Positions 8,534 through 18,104 of a stretch of 49,466 nt of DNA are shown here, one piece after another (position 1 is the stretch's first letter; each line of letters begins with the position of its first letter). A program made the position numbers and the translations under genes. Below the pieces are notes generated by a model. That model did not search any database. It was not told the origin of the DNA and was given only the letters and a program-made list of their open reading frames with translations. The DNA lies in the NCBI GenBank assembly GCA_040880005.1, contig JBBDJG010000012.1, positions 34,984 to 84,449 of the forward strand. The letters run 5' to 3'. Source of the DNA: Solirubrobacterales bacterium (GTDB lineage: Bacteria > Actinomycetota > Thermoleophilia > Solirubrobacterales > JBBDJG01).

Positions 8534-9808
8534 ATGGCGATGACCGCGCTTGGACAGCAATATCCGCTCGGCAGCCGGGTCAACGAGCAGGGCCACCTGG
8601 AGGTCGGCGGCTGCGACGTGGTCGAGTTGGCCGAGCGCTTCGGCACGCCCGCCTACATATATGCGGAGGACGACATGCGCGCCCGCGCCCGCGCCTACAT
8701 GGAGGCGCTGGCGGCGCGTACCGGCGACTTCGAGCTGCTGTATGCGTCGAAGGCGCTGCCGATCACCGCTGCCTTCGAGTTGTTCGCGAAGGAGAGCCTC
8801 TCGATCGACGTCGCCTCAGGCGGCGAGCTGCACCTGGCGCTGAAGGCCGGCGCCGACCCGCAACGCATCTACATGCACGGCAACAACAAGACCGACGCCG
8901 AGCTGTCTTACGCGTTCGAGTCCAACGTCGCCTACATCGTGCTCGACTCGTTCGACGAGATCGAGCGCGTGGAGCGGCTGCTCGATCGCCCGCAGCAGGT
9001 GCTGATCCGCCTCACCCCCGGCATCAAGCCGTCGACCCACTCCTACATCCAGACCGGGCAGCTCGACTCGAAGTTCGGCTTCGGGCTGGAGGATGGGCTA
9101 GCGGCCCGGGCGGTCGAGCGCGTGCGCTCGTCGAACAAGTTGGAGCTGGTCGGCATCCACTCGCACATCGGCTCGCAGATCTTCGAGCTGGAGCCCTACG
9201 TCAAGACGATCGAGATCATGGCCGACTTCATCGACTTCGAGTGCCATCTGCTGAATGTCGGCGGCGGGCTCGGGATCGCCTACACGGCCGAGGACGAGCC
9301 GCCCTCGATCGAGGACTACATCGACGTCAAGGTGAAGGCAGCCCAGCGGGTGTTCGACCCGGTGCCGCGCATCCTGATCGAGCCGGGGCGCTCGCTGGTC
9401 GGCAACGCCGGACTGACCGCCTACCGCGTCGGCACGATCAAGGAGATTCCAGGCGTCCGCACCTACGTTGCGGTCGACGGCGGCATGTCCGACAACCTGC
9501 GCCCGATGTTGTACGACTCGCGCTACGAGGCTGCGATCGCCGATCGGCCCGATGCGCCTCCGACCCACACCGCGACGATCGCCGGCATGCACTGCGAGTC
9601 GGGCGACATCCTGATCGGGCAGGTCGCGCTGCCCGAACCGCGAATCGGTGATGTGCTGGTCACGCCGGCGACCGGCGCCTATGGATACGCGATGGCCAAC
9701 AACTACAACGGCGTGCCGCGCCCGCCGGTCATCTTCTGCCGCGACGGCGAGGCGCGCGTGGTCGTGCGCCGTGAAACCTACGAAGACCTCGGCGCCCGGG
9801 ACGCCTAG
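8534..9808 (+). CDS. lysA: Diaminopimelate decarboxylase
   Basis: YASKA, DVASGGEL, SKFG, HSHIGSQI, EPGRS, HCESGD, GAYGYAMANNYN. Confidence 0.97.
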   Translation: MAMTALGQQYPLGSRVNEQGHLEVGGCDVVELAERFGTPAYIYAEDDMRARARAYMEALAARTGDFELLYASKALPITAAFELFAKESLSIDVASGGELHLALKAGADPQRIYMHGNNKTDAELSYAFESNVAYIVLDSFDEIERVERLLDRPQQVLIRLTPGIKPSTHSYIQTGQLDSKFGFGLEDGLAARAVERVRSSNKLELVGIHSHIGSQIFELEPYVKTIEIMADFIDFECHLLNVGGGLGIAYTAEDEPPSIEDYIDVKVKAAQRVFDPVPRILIEPGRSLVGNAGLTAYRVGTIKEIPGVRTYVAVDGGMSDNLRPMLYDSRYEAAIADRPDAPPTHTATIAGMHCESGDILIGQVALPEPRIGDVLVTPATGAYGYAMANNYNGVPRPPVIFCRDGEARVVVRRETYEDLGARDA

Positions 9809-9814
9809 CGCGAC

Positions 9815-11050
9815 GTGAGCACCGAACCCTTCAAGGTCGGCCTGCTCGGCCACGGCACCGTCGGCGGCGCCTTCCACGAGCTGCTCGACGGGCGCGCCGA
9901 TTCGATCGCCGCTGCGACCGGCCGCCGGCCCGAGCTGGCCGGCTTGCTGACGCGCTCGCAGGGATCGTTCAACGAGATCCTCGCCGGCTCGGACGTGATC
10001 GTCGAGTTGATCGGCGGCATCGAGCCTGCGCGCGAGTACGTGCTCGCTGCGCTTGTCGCCGGCAAGCCGGTCGTCAGCGCCAACAAGCAGCTGCTCTCCC
10101 AGCACGGCGACGAGCTGTTCGATGCCGCACGCAGCTCGGGCACTCAGCTTCGCTACGAAGCTGCCGCTGCCGGTGTCGTGCCGGCCGTGCGCGCGATCCG
10201 CGAGTCGTTCGCCGGCACCCACGTGGACAAGGTCTATGGGATCGTCAACGGCACCACCAACTACATCCTCACCGAGATGGCCAAGACCGGCGAGGCGTTC
10301 GCCGAAGCGCTGAAGCGCGCCCAGGAGCTGGGCTACGCCGAGGCCGACCCGAGCGAGGACATCAACGGCGCCGACGCCGCCGCCAAGATGGCGATCCTGG
10401 CGCGAATCGCCTTCCACACCTCGGTATCGCTGGCCGACGTCGCGCACGAGGGGATCGAGGAGATCACGCCCGACGACATCGACTACGCGAAGGAGTTCGG
10501 GCTGTCGTTGAAGTTGCTCGGCGTGGCGGAGCGTCGCGACGGCGGCATCGCCGTGCGCGTGTTCCCGGCGTTCCTGTATGGGGGGCATCCACTTGCGCCG
10601 ATCGTTGGCCCGTTCAACGCCGTCACGCTCGAGGGCCCGGCGATCACCGAGGTGACGCTGTCGGGCCCGGGCGCCGGCGGCCCGCAGACCGCATCTGCCG
10701 TGCTAGGCGACCTCGTCTCGGTGATGTCGGGCACCGGCATGGAGCTGGACGCGAACGAGCAGCTTCGCCAGATCCCGAGTGACGAGATCGAGTCCGCCTT
10801 CTACCTGCATCTGGAAGTCGCGGACCAGCCCGGCGTGCTGGCGCGCATCGCGCAGATCCTCGGCGACAACGGTGCCAGCGTGAAGAGCGTCGTGCAGCGC
10901 GGCCGCGGCGACGACGCCAGCCTGATCATGGTCTTGCACCCGGTCGCTGAGGGCGCGTTCACCAAGGCGGTCGGCGAGATCGCACAACTCGACGTGATGC
11001 GCTCGCCGCCGCGCCCGATCCGCGTGATCGAGGAGGAGTTCGTCGGCTGA
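9815..11050 (+). CDS. hom: Homoserine dehydrogenase with C-terminal ACT domain
   Basis: GHGTVG, VVSANK, GIVNGTTNYIL, GYAEADP, GPGAGGPQTASAV, DQPGVLA. Confidence 0.96.
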   Translation: MSTEPFKVGLLGHGTVGGAFHELLDGRADSIAAATGRRPELAGLLTRSQGSFNEILAGSDVIVELIGGIEPAREYVLAALVAGKPVVSANKQLLSQHGDELFDAARSSGTQLRYEAAAAGVVPAVRAIRESFAGTHVDKVYGIVNGTTNYILTEMAKTGEAFAEALKRAQELGYAEADPSEDINGADAAAKMAILARIAFHTSVSLADVAHEGIEEITPDDIDYAKEFGLSLKLLGVAERRDGGIAVRVFPAFLYGGHPLAPIVGPFNAVTLEGPAITEVTLSGPGAGGPQTASAVLGDLVSVMSGTGMELDANEQLRQIPSDEIESAFYLHLEVADQPGVLARIAQILGDNGASVKSVVQRGRGDDASLIMVLHPVAEGAFTKAVGEIAQLDVMRSPPRPIRVIEEEFVG

Positions 11051-11051
11051 C

Positions 11052-11687
11052 ATGGCGAGCCAGGCCGAACTGGCCCGCGGGCAGTACAGAAAGCGGGCGC
11101 GACGCTACGACAGGATCCCCGGATCCGGGCTGCGCAGCCGGATCGGTCTGCGCGCGGTCGAAAAGCTCCAGCTCGAGCGTGGCCAGACCGTGATCGACAT
11201 CGCCTGCGGAACCGGCGGCAACTTCGCCGCGATCGAGCGCGCGATCGGCTCCGACGGGCGGCTGATCGCTATCGACGTCAGCGACGACATGCTTGCCCAG
11301 GCCGCGCAGCGGGTGTCGCATGAGGGCTGGCCCAACGTGACGCTGATCGCCGCGCCGGTGGCCGATGTGGAGATTCCCGGCCGCGCCGATGCGGCACTGT
11401 TCGCGTTCGCCCACGAGCCGGCTCGCGACCCGCGCGCGGTTGCCAACGTCCTGGGAAGCGTGCGTCCGGGCGGCGTCGTGGCGGCCTGCGGCCCGAAATG
11501 GGTCTCGCGCTGGATCTTCCCGCTCAACCTGTTCGTTTGGTTGCTGGTGCGGCGCTACGTCACCAAGGTGAGCGGTTTCCGCGAGCCCTGGAGCCTGCTG
11601 GCGCCGTACCTGCCGGGGCTCGAGATCGAAAAGCACATGGCGGGAGCCTTCTACGTCGCAGCGGGCAGGGTCGCTGGCGATGCCTGA
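11052..11687 (+). CDS. Class I SAM-dependent methyltransferase
   Basis: VIDIACGTG motif [14 protein letters not shown]; tightly coupled to hom and thrC. Confidence 0.88.
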   Translation: MASQAELARGQYRKRARRYDRIPGSGLRSRIGLRAVEKLQLERGQTVIDIACGTGGNFAAIERAIGSDGRLIAIDVSDDMLAQAAQRVSHEGWPNVTLIAAPVADVEIPGRADAALFAFAHEPARDPRAVANVLGSVRPGGVVAACGPKWVSRWIFPLNLFVWLLVRRYVTKVSGFREPWSLLAPYLPGLEIEKHMAGAFYVAAGRVAGDA

Positions 11688-12726
11688 CGTTCGCTCAACG
11701 CTGGGCCGCGTGCCGCTGATCGAGCGCTACCGCGAGCGCCTGCCGGTCGAGCAAGGCTGGGAGGTCGTGACGCTGATGGAGGGATCGACACCGCTGATCC
11801 CCGCGGCGCGCCTTTCCGAGCGTCTCGGCATCGAGACGCTGCTGAAGTTCGACGGCATGAACCCGACCGGCTCGTTCAAGGACCGCGGCATGACGGTCGC
11901 GGTCTCGGCCGCCAAGGCCAAGGGCGCGCAGGCGATCATCTGCGCCTCGACCGGCAACACCGCCGCGAGCTGTGCGGCCTACGCGGCGCGCGCCGGGCTG
12001 CGCGGCGCGGTGATCGTGCCGGAGGGCAAGATCGCCGCCGGCAAGCTCGCGCAGTCGCTCGTGCACGGCGCGCGCGTGGTAGGCATCGACGGCAACTTCG
12101 ACCAGGCGCTCGAGCTGGTCAAGCAATTGGTCGCCAAGCACCCGGTCGAGCTGGTCAACTCGATCAACCCTTACCGGATAGAGGGCCAGAAGACGGCCGC
12201 CTTCGAGGTCTGCGACGAGCTGGGCACAGCGCCCGACGCGCTTGCGATCCCGGTCGGCAACGCCGGCAACATCACCGCCTGGTGGCAGGGCTTTTGCGAG
12301 TATGAGCAGGGGCGGCCGCGGCTGTACGGGTTCCAGGCCGAGGGCGCGGCGCCGATCGTGCGCGGCGAGGTGGTGGCGAAACCGGAAACCGTTGCGTCGG
12401 CGATCCGCATCGGCAACCCCGCGCGCTGGAAGGAGGCCGAGGCCGCGCTCAACGAGAGCGACGGGCGCATCGCCGCGGTCAGCGACGCCGAGATTCTGGA
12501 GGCGCAGCGCTGGCTGGCCTCGAACGAGGGCGTGTTCTGCGAGCCGGCCTCGGCCGCATCGGTCGCCGGCGCGCTCAAGCACGGCGTGGGGGAGGCGCAG
12601 CGGCTCGTGTGCGTGATCACCGGGCACGGCTTGAAGGACCCCGACATCGCGCTGGAAAGCGCGGGCGACGCCGCGCACTGCGACGCCGACTTTGCCCAGG
12701 TCGAACGAGCGGTGCTGGGGGATTGA
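11680..12726 (+). CDS. thrC: Threonine synthase
   Basis: [10 protein letters not shown] (PLP Lys), [29 protein letters not shown]. Confidence 0.96.
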   Translation: MPDVRSTLGRVPLIERYRERLPVEQGWEVVTLMEGSTPLIPAARLSERLGIETLLKFDGMNPTGSFKDRGMTVAVSAAKAKGAQAIICASTGNTAASCAAYAARAGLRGAVIVPEGKIAAGKLAQSLVHGARVVGIDGNFDQALELVKQLVAKHPVELVNSINPYRIEGQKTAAFEVCDELGTAPDALAIPVGNAGNITAWWQGFCEYEQGRPRLYGFQAEGAAPIVRGEVVAKPETVASAIRIGNPARWKEAEAALNESDGRIAAVSDAEILEAQRWLASNEGVFCEPASAASVAGALKHGVGEAQRLVCVITGHGLKDPDIALESAGDAAHCDADFAQVERAVLGD

Positions 12727-12728
12727 GC

Positions 12729-13592
12729 GTGGGACGCAAGCGCAAGGTGCGCGTGCCGGCTTCGTCGGCCAACCTCGGACCGGGCTACGACGCGATGGCG
12801 GCCGCGGTGTCGCTGTACATGGAGCTGGAGGTCGAGGAGACGGGCGAGTTCTCGGTCGACACCGGCGGACTGCGCCTGCCGACCGACGAGAACAACCTTT
12901 GTGTGCGCGCGTTCGCGGAGCTGCACACGACCGACGAGATCGCGTTCCGGATCTCCTCGGAGATTCCGCCCGCCGGCGGGCTTGGCTCGAGCGGCGCGGC
13001 GATCGTCGCGGGGCTGGTCGCCGCCGACCACATGTTCGAGCTGGGGTTGGAGAAGGAGGAGCTGTTCGACCGCGCCAACCGCATCGAGGGGCATCCCGAC
13101 AACGTCGGGGCGTCGCTGTACGGGGGGTTCGTGATCTGCGACGGGGGAGAGGTCGCGCAGATCGAGCCGCCGAGCGGATTGGAGGCGATCGCTGTCGTGC
13201 CCGAAGAGCCGGTCTCGACCGCCGCCGCACGCGCGGCGCTGCCGCCCGAGATCCCAATCGGCGAGGTCAGCTACAACATCGCGCACGCGTCGCTGCTCGC
13301 GCTCGGCCTGGCGCGCGGCGACCTGGCGCTGATCTCACGCGGGCTGCACGACCGCATACACCAGCCGCGGCGCGAGCATCTGTACCCGCGGTCGATCGAG
13401 CTGGTCGGCAAGGCGCGCGAGCTGGGCGCGCTCGGCGCGACGATCTCGGGCGCCGGCCCGACCGTTCTGGTGTGGTGCTACTTCGAGCAGACCGGCGAGG
13501 TCGTTGAGGCGCTACGCACCGAGGTCGCCGGCTGGGCCGAGGTAAAGCGGCTCAACTTCGTGGCGCAGGGCGCGGATGTGACCAACATTTAG
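12729..13592 (+). CDS. thrB: Homoserine kinase
   Basis: VPASSANLGPGYD, IPPAGGLGSS (GHMP), EGHPDN, ISGAGPT; GTG start 2 nt after the thrC stop. Confidence 0.96.
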   Translation: MGRKRKVRVPASSANLGPGYDAMAAAVSLYMELEVEETGEFSVDTGGLRLPTDENNLCVRAFAELHTTDEIAFRISSEIPPAGGLGSSGAAIVAGLVAADHMFELGLEKEELFDRANRIEGHPDNVGASLYGGFVICDGGEVAQIEPPSGLEAIAVVPEEPVSTAAARAALPPEIPIGEVSYNIAHASLLALGLARGDLALISRGLHDRIHQPRREHLYPRSIELVGKARELGALGATISGAGPTVLVWCYFEQTGEVVEALRTEVAGWAEVKRLNFVAQGADVTNI

Positions 13593-13634
13593 CGCTGTCA
13601 TCGGCCCACCCCACCTACTGGCCATTTGTGGCCT

Positions 13635-13752
13635 TTCGGCAATATTATGCAGATGCGTCCTCGCAAGGCTTCAATTCGGCTAATTCCGTAATATTTTGCA
13701 GAAAAGGGTTGTAGTTGACTCCACGGAAGCTATTCTGCAAAATAATGCCGAA
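13635..13752. promoter_or_regulatory. Three 19-bp operator-like repeats upstream of hipB
   Basis: TTCGGCAATATTATGCAGA (13635-13653), TTCCGTAATATTTTGCAGA (13684-13702) and an inverted copy TTCGGCATTATTTTGCAGA (13734-13752). Confidence 0.7.
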
Positions 13753-14020
13753 ACGGTCCGACATGCTAGCGCGAGAAATTGGCCTTCGCATCAGAGAAGC
13801 ACGGCGGGCTCAGAACCTGCGGCAGGATGAGCTGGCCATCGCCTCAGGGGTCAGCACGAAGACTATCCACAACATCGAGCACGGCTATTCGGGTACAGGT
13901 CTGGACACGATCATCCAAGTGCTTTCGGTCCTGGGACTGGACCTCGATCTGATTACGCGACGGCCATCACTGCCTGCCGATAGCGCAGAAGTGGCTCCGG
14001 GAGGAGACATTGACTCGTGA
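13745..14020 (+). CDS. hipB: HipB-like XRE HTH antitoxin
   Basis: IGLRIREARRAQNLRQDELAIASGVSTKTIHNIEHG; overlaps the hipA start; start site uncertain (13715-13763). Confidence 0.8.
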   Translation: MPKRSDMLAREIGLRIREARRAQNLRQDELAIASGVSTKTIHNIEHGYSGTGLDTIIQVLSVLGLDLDLITRRPSLPADSAEVAPGGDIDS

Positions 14021-15284
14021 TTCGACCGCAGGCCGCCTGTCCGTGTTTCTGCATGGAGTCGAGACTGGCTCGCTGAGAACTCTTGGCCCCGGGCGCTACA
14101 GGTTTGCATATGGCGAGGGAGTGGTGGCGACTCACGACCGTGGCGACATCGTTCTCTCAGCGTCGCTTCCGATAAAGGACGAGGAGTTCCAGTCACAACG
14201 GACGAAGCCGTTTTTTGAGGGTTTACTACCAGAGGGACAGGTGCGCAGAACGATTGCAAGGTCCCTAGGCGTTAGCGAAGACAACGGTTACGGAATGCTC
14301 GCTGAGCTTGGTGCGGAATGCGCGGGCGCGGTCGTAATCGTCCCTGGCGGTAGTCGTCCCAGAAGCCCGGCTGAGTGGACCGTGGAATGGCTGGCCGACG
14401 ATGAGCTTGCGCAGAAAATTGAGGATCTGCCCAGGTATCCGCTAGGTGTTAGAGCGGATGACGAGGTAAGGCTGAGCCTAGGGGGAGTACAAGAGAAGCT
14501 GTTGCTGACTCGCGCTCCGGATGGAAGGCTGGGGCAGCCGAAAAACGGAGCTCCAAGCACGCACATCCTCAAACCCGGCCGAGGAGAGTATCCCGATATC
14601 GTCGCGAACGAAGCGTTTTGTCTTCTTGTTGCTCACTTCGTCGGTCTTCCAGTACCGAAGGTGGAAGTGATAGACGTTGCAGGGTCGCCTTGTCTCTTGG
14701 TTGAACGTTTTGATCGTCATGTCACAGATGATGGCGGGATCGAACGGGTGCACCAAGAGGACACCTGCCAGGCACTCAGGCGGCTACCGAGCGAGAAGTA
14801 CGAGTCGGAGGGAGGACCGTCTATCGCCGAAATCATCAACCTGCTTCGCGACATCGGCGGCTCTACGACAGCCAGGGACATAAGAGGGCTCCTAATGGTG
14901 ACAGTGCTGAACCTACTGCTGGGAAATTGCGATGCGCACGGAAAGAACTATGCGCTATTGCACGAACCCAAGAAGGGAATCAGCCTCGCTCCCTTCTATG
15001 ACATCGTTTCAACCAATGTTTACCCACAGCTGACGGACAAGCTGGCGATGACAGTTGGGGGAACATCAAAACCGGAGGAGATCACCGCGCGGTCCTGGGC
15101 GAAACTCGCGGAAGAAAGCGGTCTGGGACGGCAGCTTCTGTCTCAGGTTGAAGGGAACATTCGGTTGATTGTCAAGACCGTTGATGCAGCATTGTTCATG
15201 GCCTCGGAAATGGGTTGGTACCGTCCGGTGCTAGAAGAGATCATCGCGTTGTGTAAGAAGAGAGCATTGGCTTTGACGCGGTGA
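14010..15284 (+). CDS. hipA: HipA-family Ser/Thr kinase toxin
   Basis: LSASLP/FFEGLLPEG (HipA N-domain), LSLGGVQEKL loop, THILKP, VERFDR, HQED, GNCDAHGKN, LAPFYD. Confidence 0.94.
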   Translation: MTRDSTAGRLSVFLHGVETGSLRTLGPGRYRFAYGEGVVATHDRGDIVLSASLPIKDEEFQSQRTKPFFEGLLPEGQVRRTIARSLGVSEDNGYGMLAELGAECAGAVVIVPGGSRPRSPAEWTVEWLADDELAQKIEDLPRYPLGVRADDEVRLSLGGVQEKLLLTRAPDGRLGQPKNGAPSTHILKPGRGEYPDIVANEAFCLLVAHFVGLPVPKVEVIDVAGSPCLLVERFDRHVTDDGGIERVHQEDTCQALRRLPSEKYESEGGPSIAEIINLLRDIGGSTTARDIRGLLMVTVLNLLLGNCDAHGKNYALLHEPKKGISLAPFYDIVSTNVYPQLTDKLAMTVGGTSKPEEITARSWAKLAEESGLGRQLLSQVEGNIRLIVKTVDAALFMASEMGWYRPVLEEIIALCKKRALALTR

Positions 15285-15355
15285 AACCATACGCAGGTTT
15301 GCTCGCCGAGCGAACGCAGTCGCGACTTACGGTCCCGCTATTCCGATACGCAGCG

Positions 15356-15991
15356 CTAGATCTGCTCCCCGCTGACCAAATGCATCGCGTTTTCAACTGA
15401 GCGCAATAGTTCGCCGCCGCTCATCGCTGCTTCGGGTTCCAGCAGCCATTGGAGCATCAGGCCGTCGACGATGCCGATCAGGATCGAGGCGACCGCCGAG
15501 GTATCCACGTCAACGTCGGTCGGGGTGCAGCACTCTTCGACCAGCGCGGTGACGGCCTTGCGGTTCTGCTGATACATGGCCGCGAGTTGCGCACGCAACT
15601 CCTCCGAGTGCGCCGACTGCGCCAGCGCTTCGACGAAGGCGACGAGGAAGGGCCGGTTCTGCTCGAGCGTTTCGCTCCAGGCGCTCAACGATCGGCGAAG
15701 ACGCTCGAGCGGCGACGCATCGACGTCCGTGACGGCGGCTATCGCCAGGTGCACCAGCCAGCGGTTGAACGCTTCCGCGATCGCCTCGTTGAGCAGCTTC
15801 TCCTTCGATCCGAAGTGGTAGCCGATCGAGCCCAGGTTGGTGCCCGAGGCCGCGACCAAGTCGCGCGCGGTCGTGCGCGCGTAGCCCTTCTCCTGGATGC
15901 ACTGGATTGCGCCCTCGAGCAGCGCCTCGCGGTGCCCGCGTGGGCGGCCGGCCGGCACCGGGGAGGAGGATTTCGCTGTCGCGGTTGACAT
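15356..15991 (-). CDS. TetR-family transcriptional regulator
   Basis: GYARTTARDLVAASGTNLGSIGYHFGSKEKL HTH; divergent from the P450 operon. Confidence 0.93.
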   Translation of the reverse strand: MSTATAKSSSPVPAGRPRGHREALLEGAIQCIQEKGYARTTARDLVAASGTNLGSIGYHFGSKEKLLNEAIAEAFNRWLVHLAIAAVTDVDASPLERLRRSLSAWSETLEQNRPFLVAFVEALAQSAHSEELRAQLAAMYQQNRKAVTALVEECCTPTDVDVDTSAVASILIGIVDGLMLQWLLEPEAAMSGGELLRSVENAMHLVSGEQI

Positions 15992-15997
15992 CAGACC

Positions 15998-16030
15998 ATC
16001 TATACGCTTGTATTAGACGCCCGTATAGAT
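15998..16030. promoter_or_regulatory. Probable TetR operator
   Basis: Perfect inverted repeat ATCTATACG-N15-CGTATAGAT in the 67-bp spacer between tetR and the first P450. Confidence 0.7.
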
Positions 16031-16058
16031 TGCCACACGAAGCCCGCGGAGGCAAGTC

Positions 16059-18104
16059 GTGCCGGATCAAACAGTCGCAGATGCGCCCACAGCCGCCGAA
16101 TCGCACGCCAACGGCGTCCGTCCCGCCTCCGAGATTCCGGGCCCGCGCACGCCGCGCCTGCTCAACTCGCTGATCGGCGTGTACCAGCCGGTTCGGGCGA
16201 GGCTAGACGCGCGCAAGCGCTTCGGTCCGATCTATCGCGTGCACGACTCGATCCTCGGCGACGTCGTCACACTGGCCGACCCCGAGCTGGTCGGCACGCT
16301 GTTCAAGGGCGACGCCGAGACCTTCCACGTCGGTGAGCCGCGCGCGGTGATGGAGCCGGTCACCGGCATGCACTCGATCCTGCTGCTCGACGAGGACCGC
16401 CACCTGCGCATGCGCAAGCTGATGCTGCCTCCCTTCCACGGCGAGGCGATCGAGCGCTACGGCGAGTTGATCGAGCAGATCACCAACCGCGAGATCGACC
16501 GCTGGCAGATCGGCGCGACGATCCGTACGCGCACGGTCGCGCAGACGATCACGATGGAAGTGATCATCCGCGCCGTGTTCGGCATCACCGACCGCGAACG
16601 CGTCGCCGAGCTGAAGACCCTGCTTCCGGCGCTCTCGGGCGTCAATCCGCTGCTAGCGTTGGACATCGTGCGTCACGACCTCGGTCGGCACAGTCCATGG
16701 GGCAGTTTCCTGCGCACACGCACGCGCGTGGACGAGATCCTCTACGAGGAGATCGAGCGCCGCCGCGGTGAGGCCGACCTCGAAGAGCGCGACGACATGC
16801 TCTCGCTGCTGTTGGCGGCGCGCGACGAAGAGGGCAACCCGCTAACCGACATCGAGCTGCGCGACGAGCTGATCACGCTGCTGCTCGCCGGTCACGAGAC
16901 GACGGCCAACTCGATCGGCTGGACGTTCGAGCGCGTGCTGCGAACGCCATCGGCGCTCGAGCGACTGACCGAGGAGGTTCGCGCGGGCGAATCCACCGAG
17001 TACATGGACGCCGTGATCAAAGAAGCATTGCGGGTTCGACCGGTGATCATGGAGGTCGAGCGCGGCGTCACCAAGCCGTTCGAGCTGGGCGGATACAGAT
17101 TCGAGCCGGGCGCACAGCTCGCGGCCTCGATCATCCTGCTGCACTACGACCCCGAGCTGTACGGTGCCGACGCGCAGGAGTTCCGCCCCGAGCGCTTTCT
17201 GGAAGGCGCGCCCGAGCCCTACACCTGGATCCCGTTCGGCGGCGGGCGCCGCCGCTGCCTGGGCGCGACGTTCGCGCAGTACGAGATGAAGGTCGTGATC
17301 TCGACGATCCTGAAGAGAGCCGTCCTACGTGCAGCCTCGCCGAAGCCCGAGAAGCTGCGCTTCCGCGGCATCGCGCTGGTGCCAGCGCGAGGCGGCGAGG
17401 CGATCGTGGAGAGCGTCGATGGGCGTGCGAGCGGCGACTGGCGCTCACAGGTGCTGCCAGTGCGCAGCGACGACTCCGGCAAGGTCGCGCGCACCTACTC
17501 GCGACTCGCCCCGGTCTATGAGGTGTGGGCGAAGTTCACCGAGTCCAAGCCGCGCCGGCGTGTGACGGAGCTGGCCGACGTGCATGACGGCGAGTCGATC
17601 CTCGAGGTCGCGGTCGGCACCGGCGTGCAGCTATGCGAGCTGGCGCGAAGAAACCCGAACGGCACCACCGCGGGCGTCGATCTGTCGAAGGGCATGCTCG
17701 CCAAGACTCGCCGCACGCTCGCGCGCGCAAACATCGCGAACGTTGATCTTCGCGAGGCAAGCGGGCTCGAGCTGCCGTTCGCCGACGACTCGTTCGACCT
17801 GCTCGTCAACGGCTACATGCTCGACCTGCTGACCTACGACGACATCGCGCGCGCGATCGCCGAGTTCAAGCGGGTGCTGAAGCCCGGCGGGCGGATCCTG
17901 CTGACCAACATGACGATCGGCGAGAAGCCGCACCATCGCATCTGGGACCGCCTCTACGAGCGCGGCATCGACCTGACCGCCAACTGCCGCGGCGTCTTGG
18001 CGGCGCCGGTATTGGAGGAGCTGGGTTTTGCCGACATAGAACGGCAGTACATGGCCCAGGGCAGCTTCCCAACCGAGATCGTCACCGCGCACCTGGATGG
18101 CTGA
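16059..18104 (+). CDS. Cytochrome P450 fused to a C-terminal class I SAM methyltransferase
   Basis: AGHETT, EALR, PERF, FGGGRRRCLG, then in the same frame LEVAVGTG, GVDLSKGML, LPFADDSFD, RVLKPGG; GGAGG RBS. Confidence 0.9.
   Translation: MPDQTVADAPTAAESHANGVRPASEIPGPRTPRLLNSLIGVYQPVRARLDARKRFGPIYRVHDSILGDVVTLADPELVGTLFKGDAETFHVGEPRAVMEPVTGMHSILLLDEDRHLRMRKLMLPPFHGEAIERYGELIEQITNREIDRWQIGATIRTRTVAQTITMEVIIRAVFGITDRERVAELKTLLPALSGVNPLLALDIVRHDLGRHSPWGSFLRTRTRVDEILYEEIERRRGEADLEERDDMLSLLLAARDEEGNPLTDIELRDELITLLLAGHETTANSIGWTFERVLRTPSALERLTEEVRAGESTEYMDAVIKEALRVRPVIMEVERGVTKPFELGGYRFEPGAQLAASIILLHYDPELYGADAQEFRPERFLEGAPEPYTWIPFGGGRRRCLGATFAQYEMKVVISTILKRAVLRAASPKPEKLRFRGIALVPARGGEAIVESVDGRASGDWRSQVLPVRSDDSGKVARTYSRLAPVYEVWAKFTESKPRRRVTELADVHDGESILEVAVGTGVQLCELARRNPNGTTAGVDLSKGMLAKTRRTLARANIANVDLREASGLELPFADDSFDLLVNGYMLDLLTYDDIARAIAEFKRVLKPGGRILLTNMTIGEKPHHRIWDRLYERGIDLTANCRGVLAAPVLEELGFADIERQYMAQGSFPTEIVTAHLDG

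Noticed and set aside
9098-10588. Long antisense and alternate-frame ORFs (also 11695-13257, 18685-20343, 31578-33173, 36713-39274, 42013-43803, 45728-47287)
   Set aside because: Shadows of well-supported genes in high-GC DNA; R/A/G-rich with no motifs
13600-15350. Mobile element or prophage around hipBA
   Set aside because: No integrase, transposase, terminal repeats or target-site duplication visible
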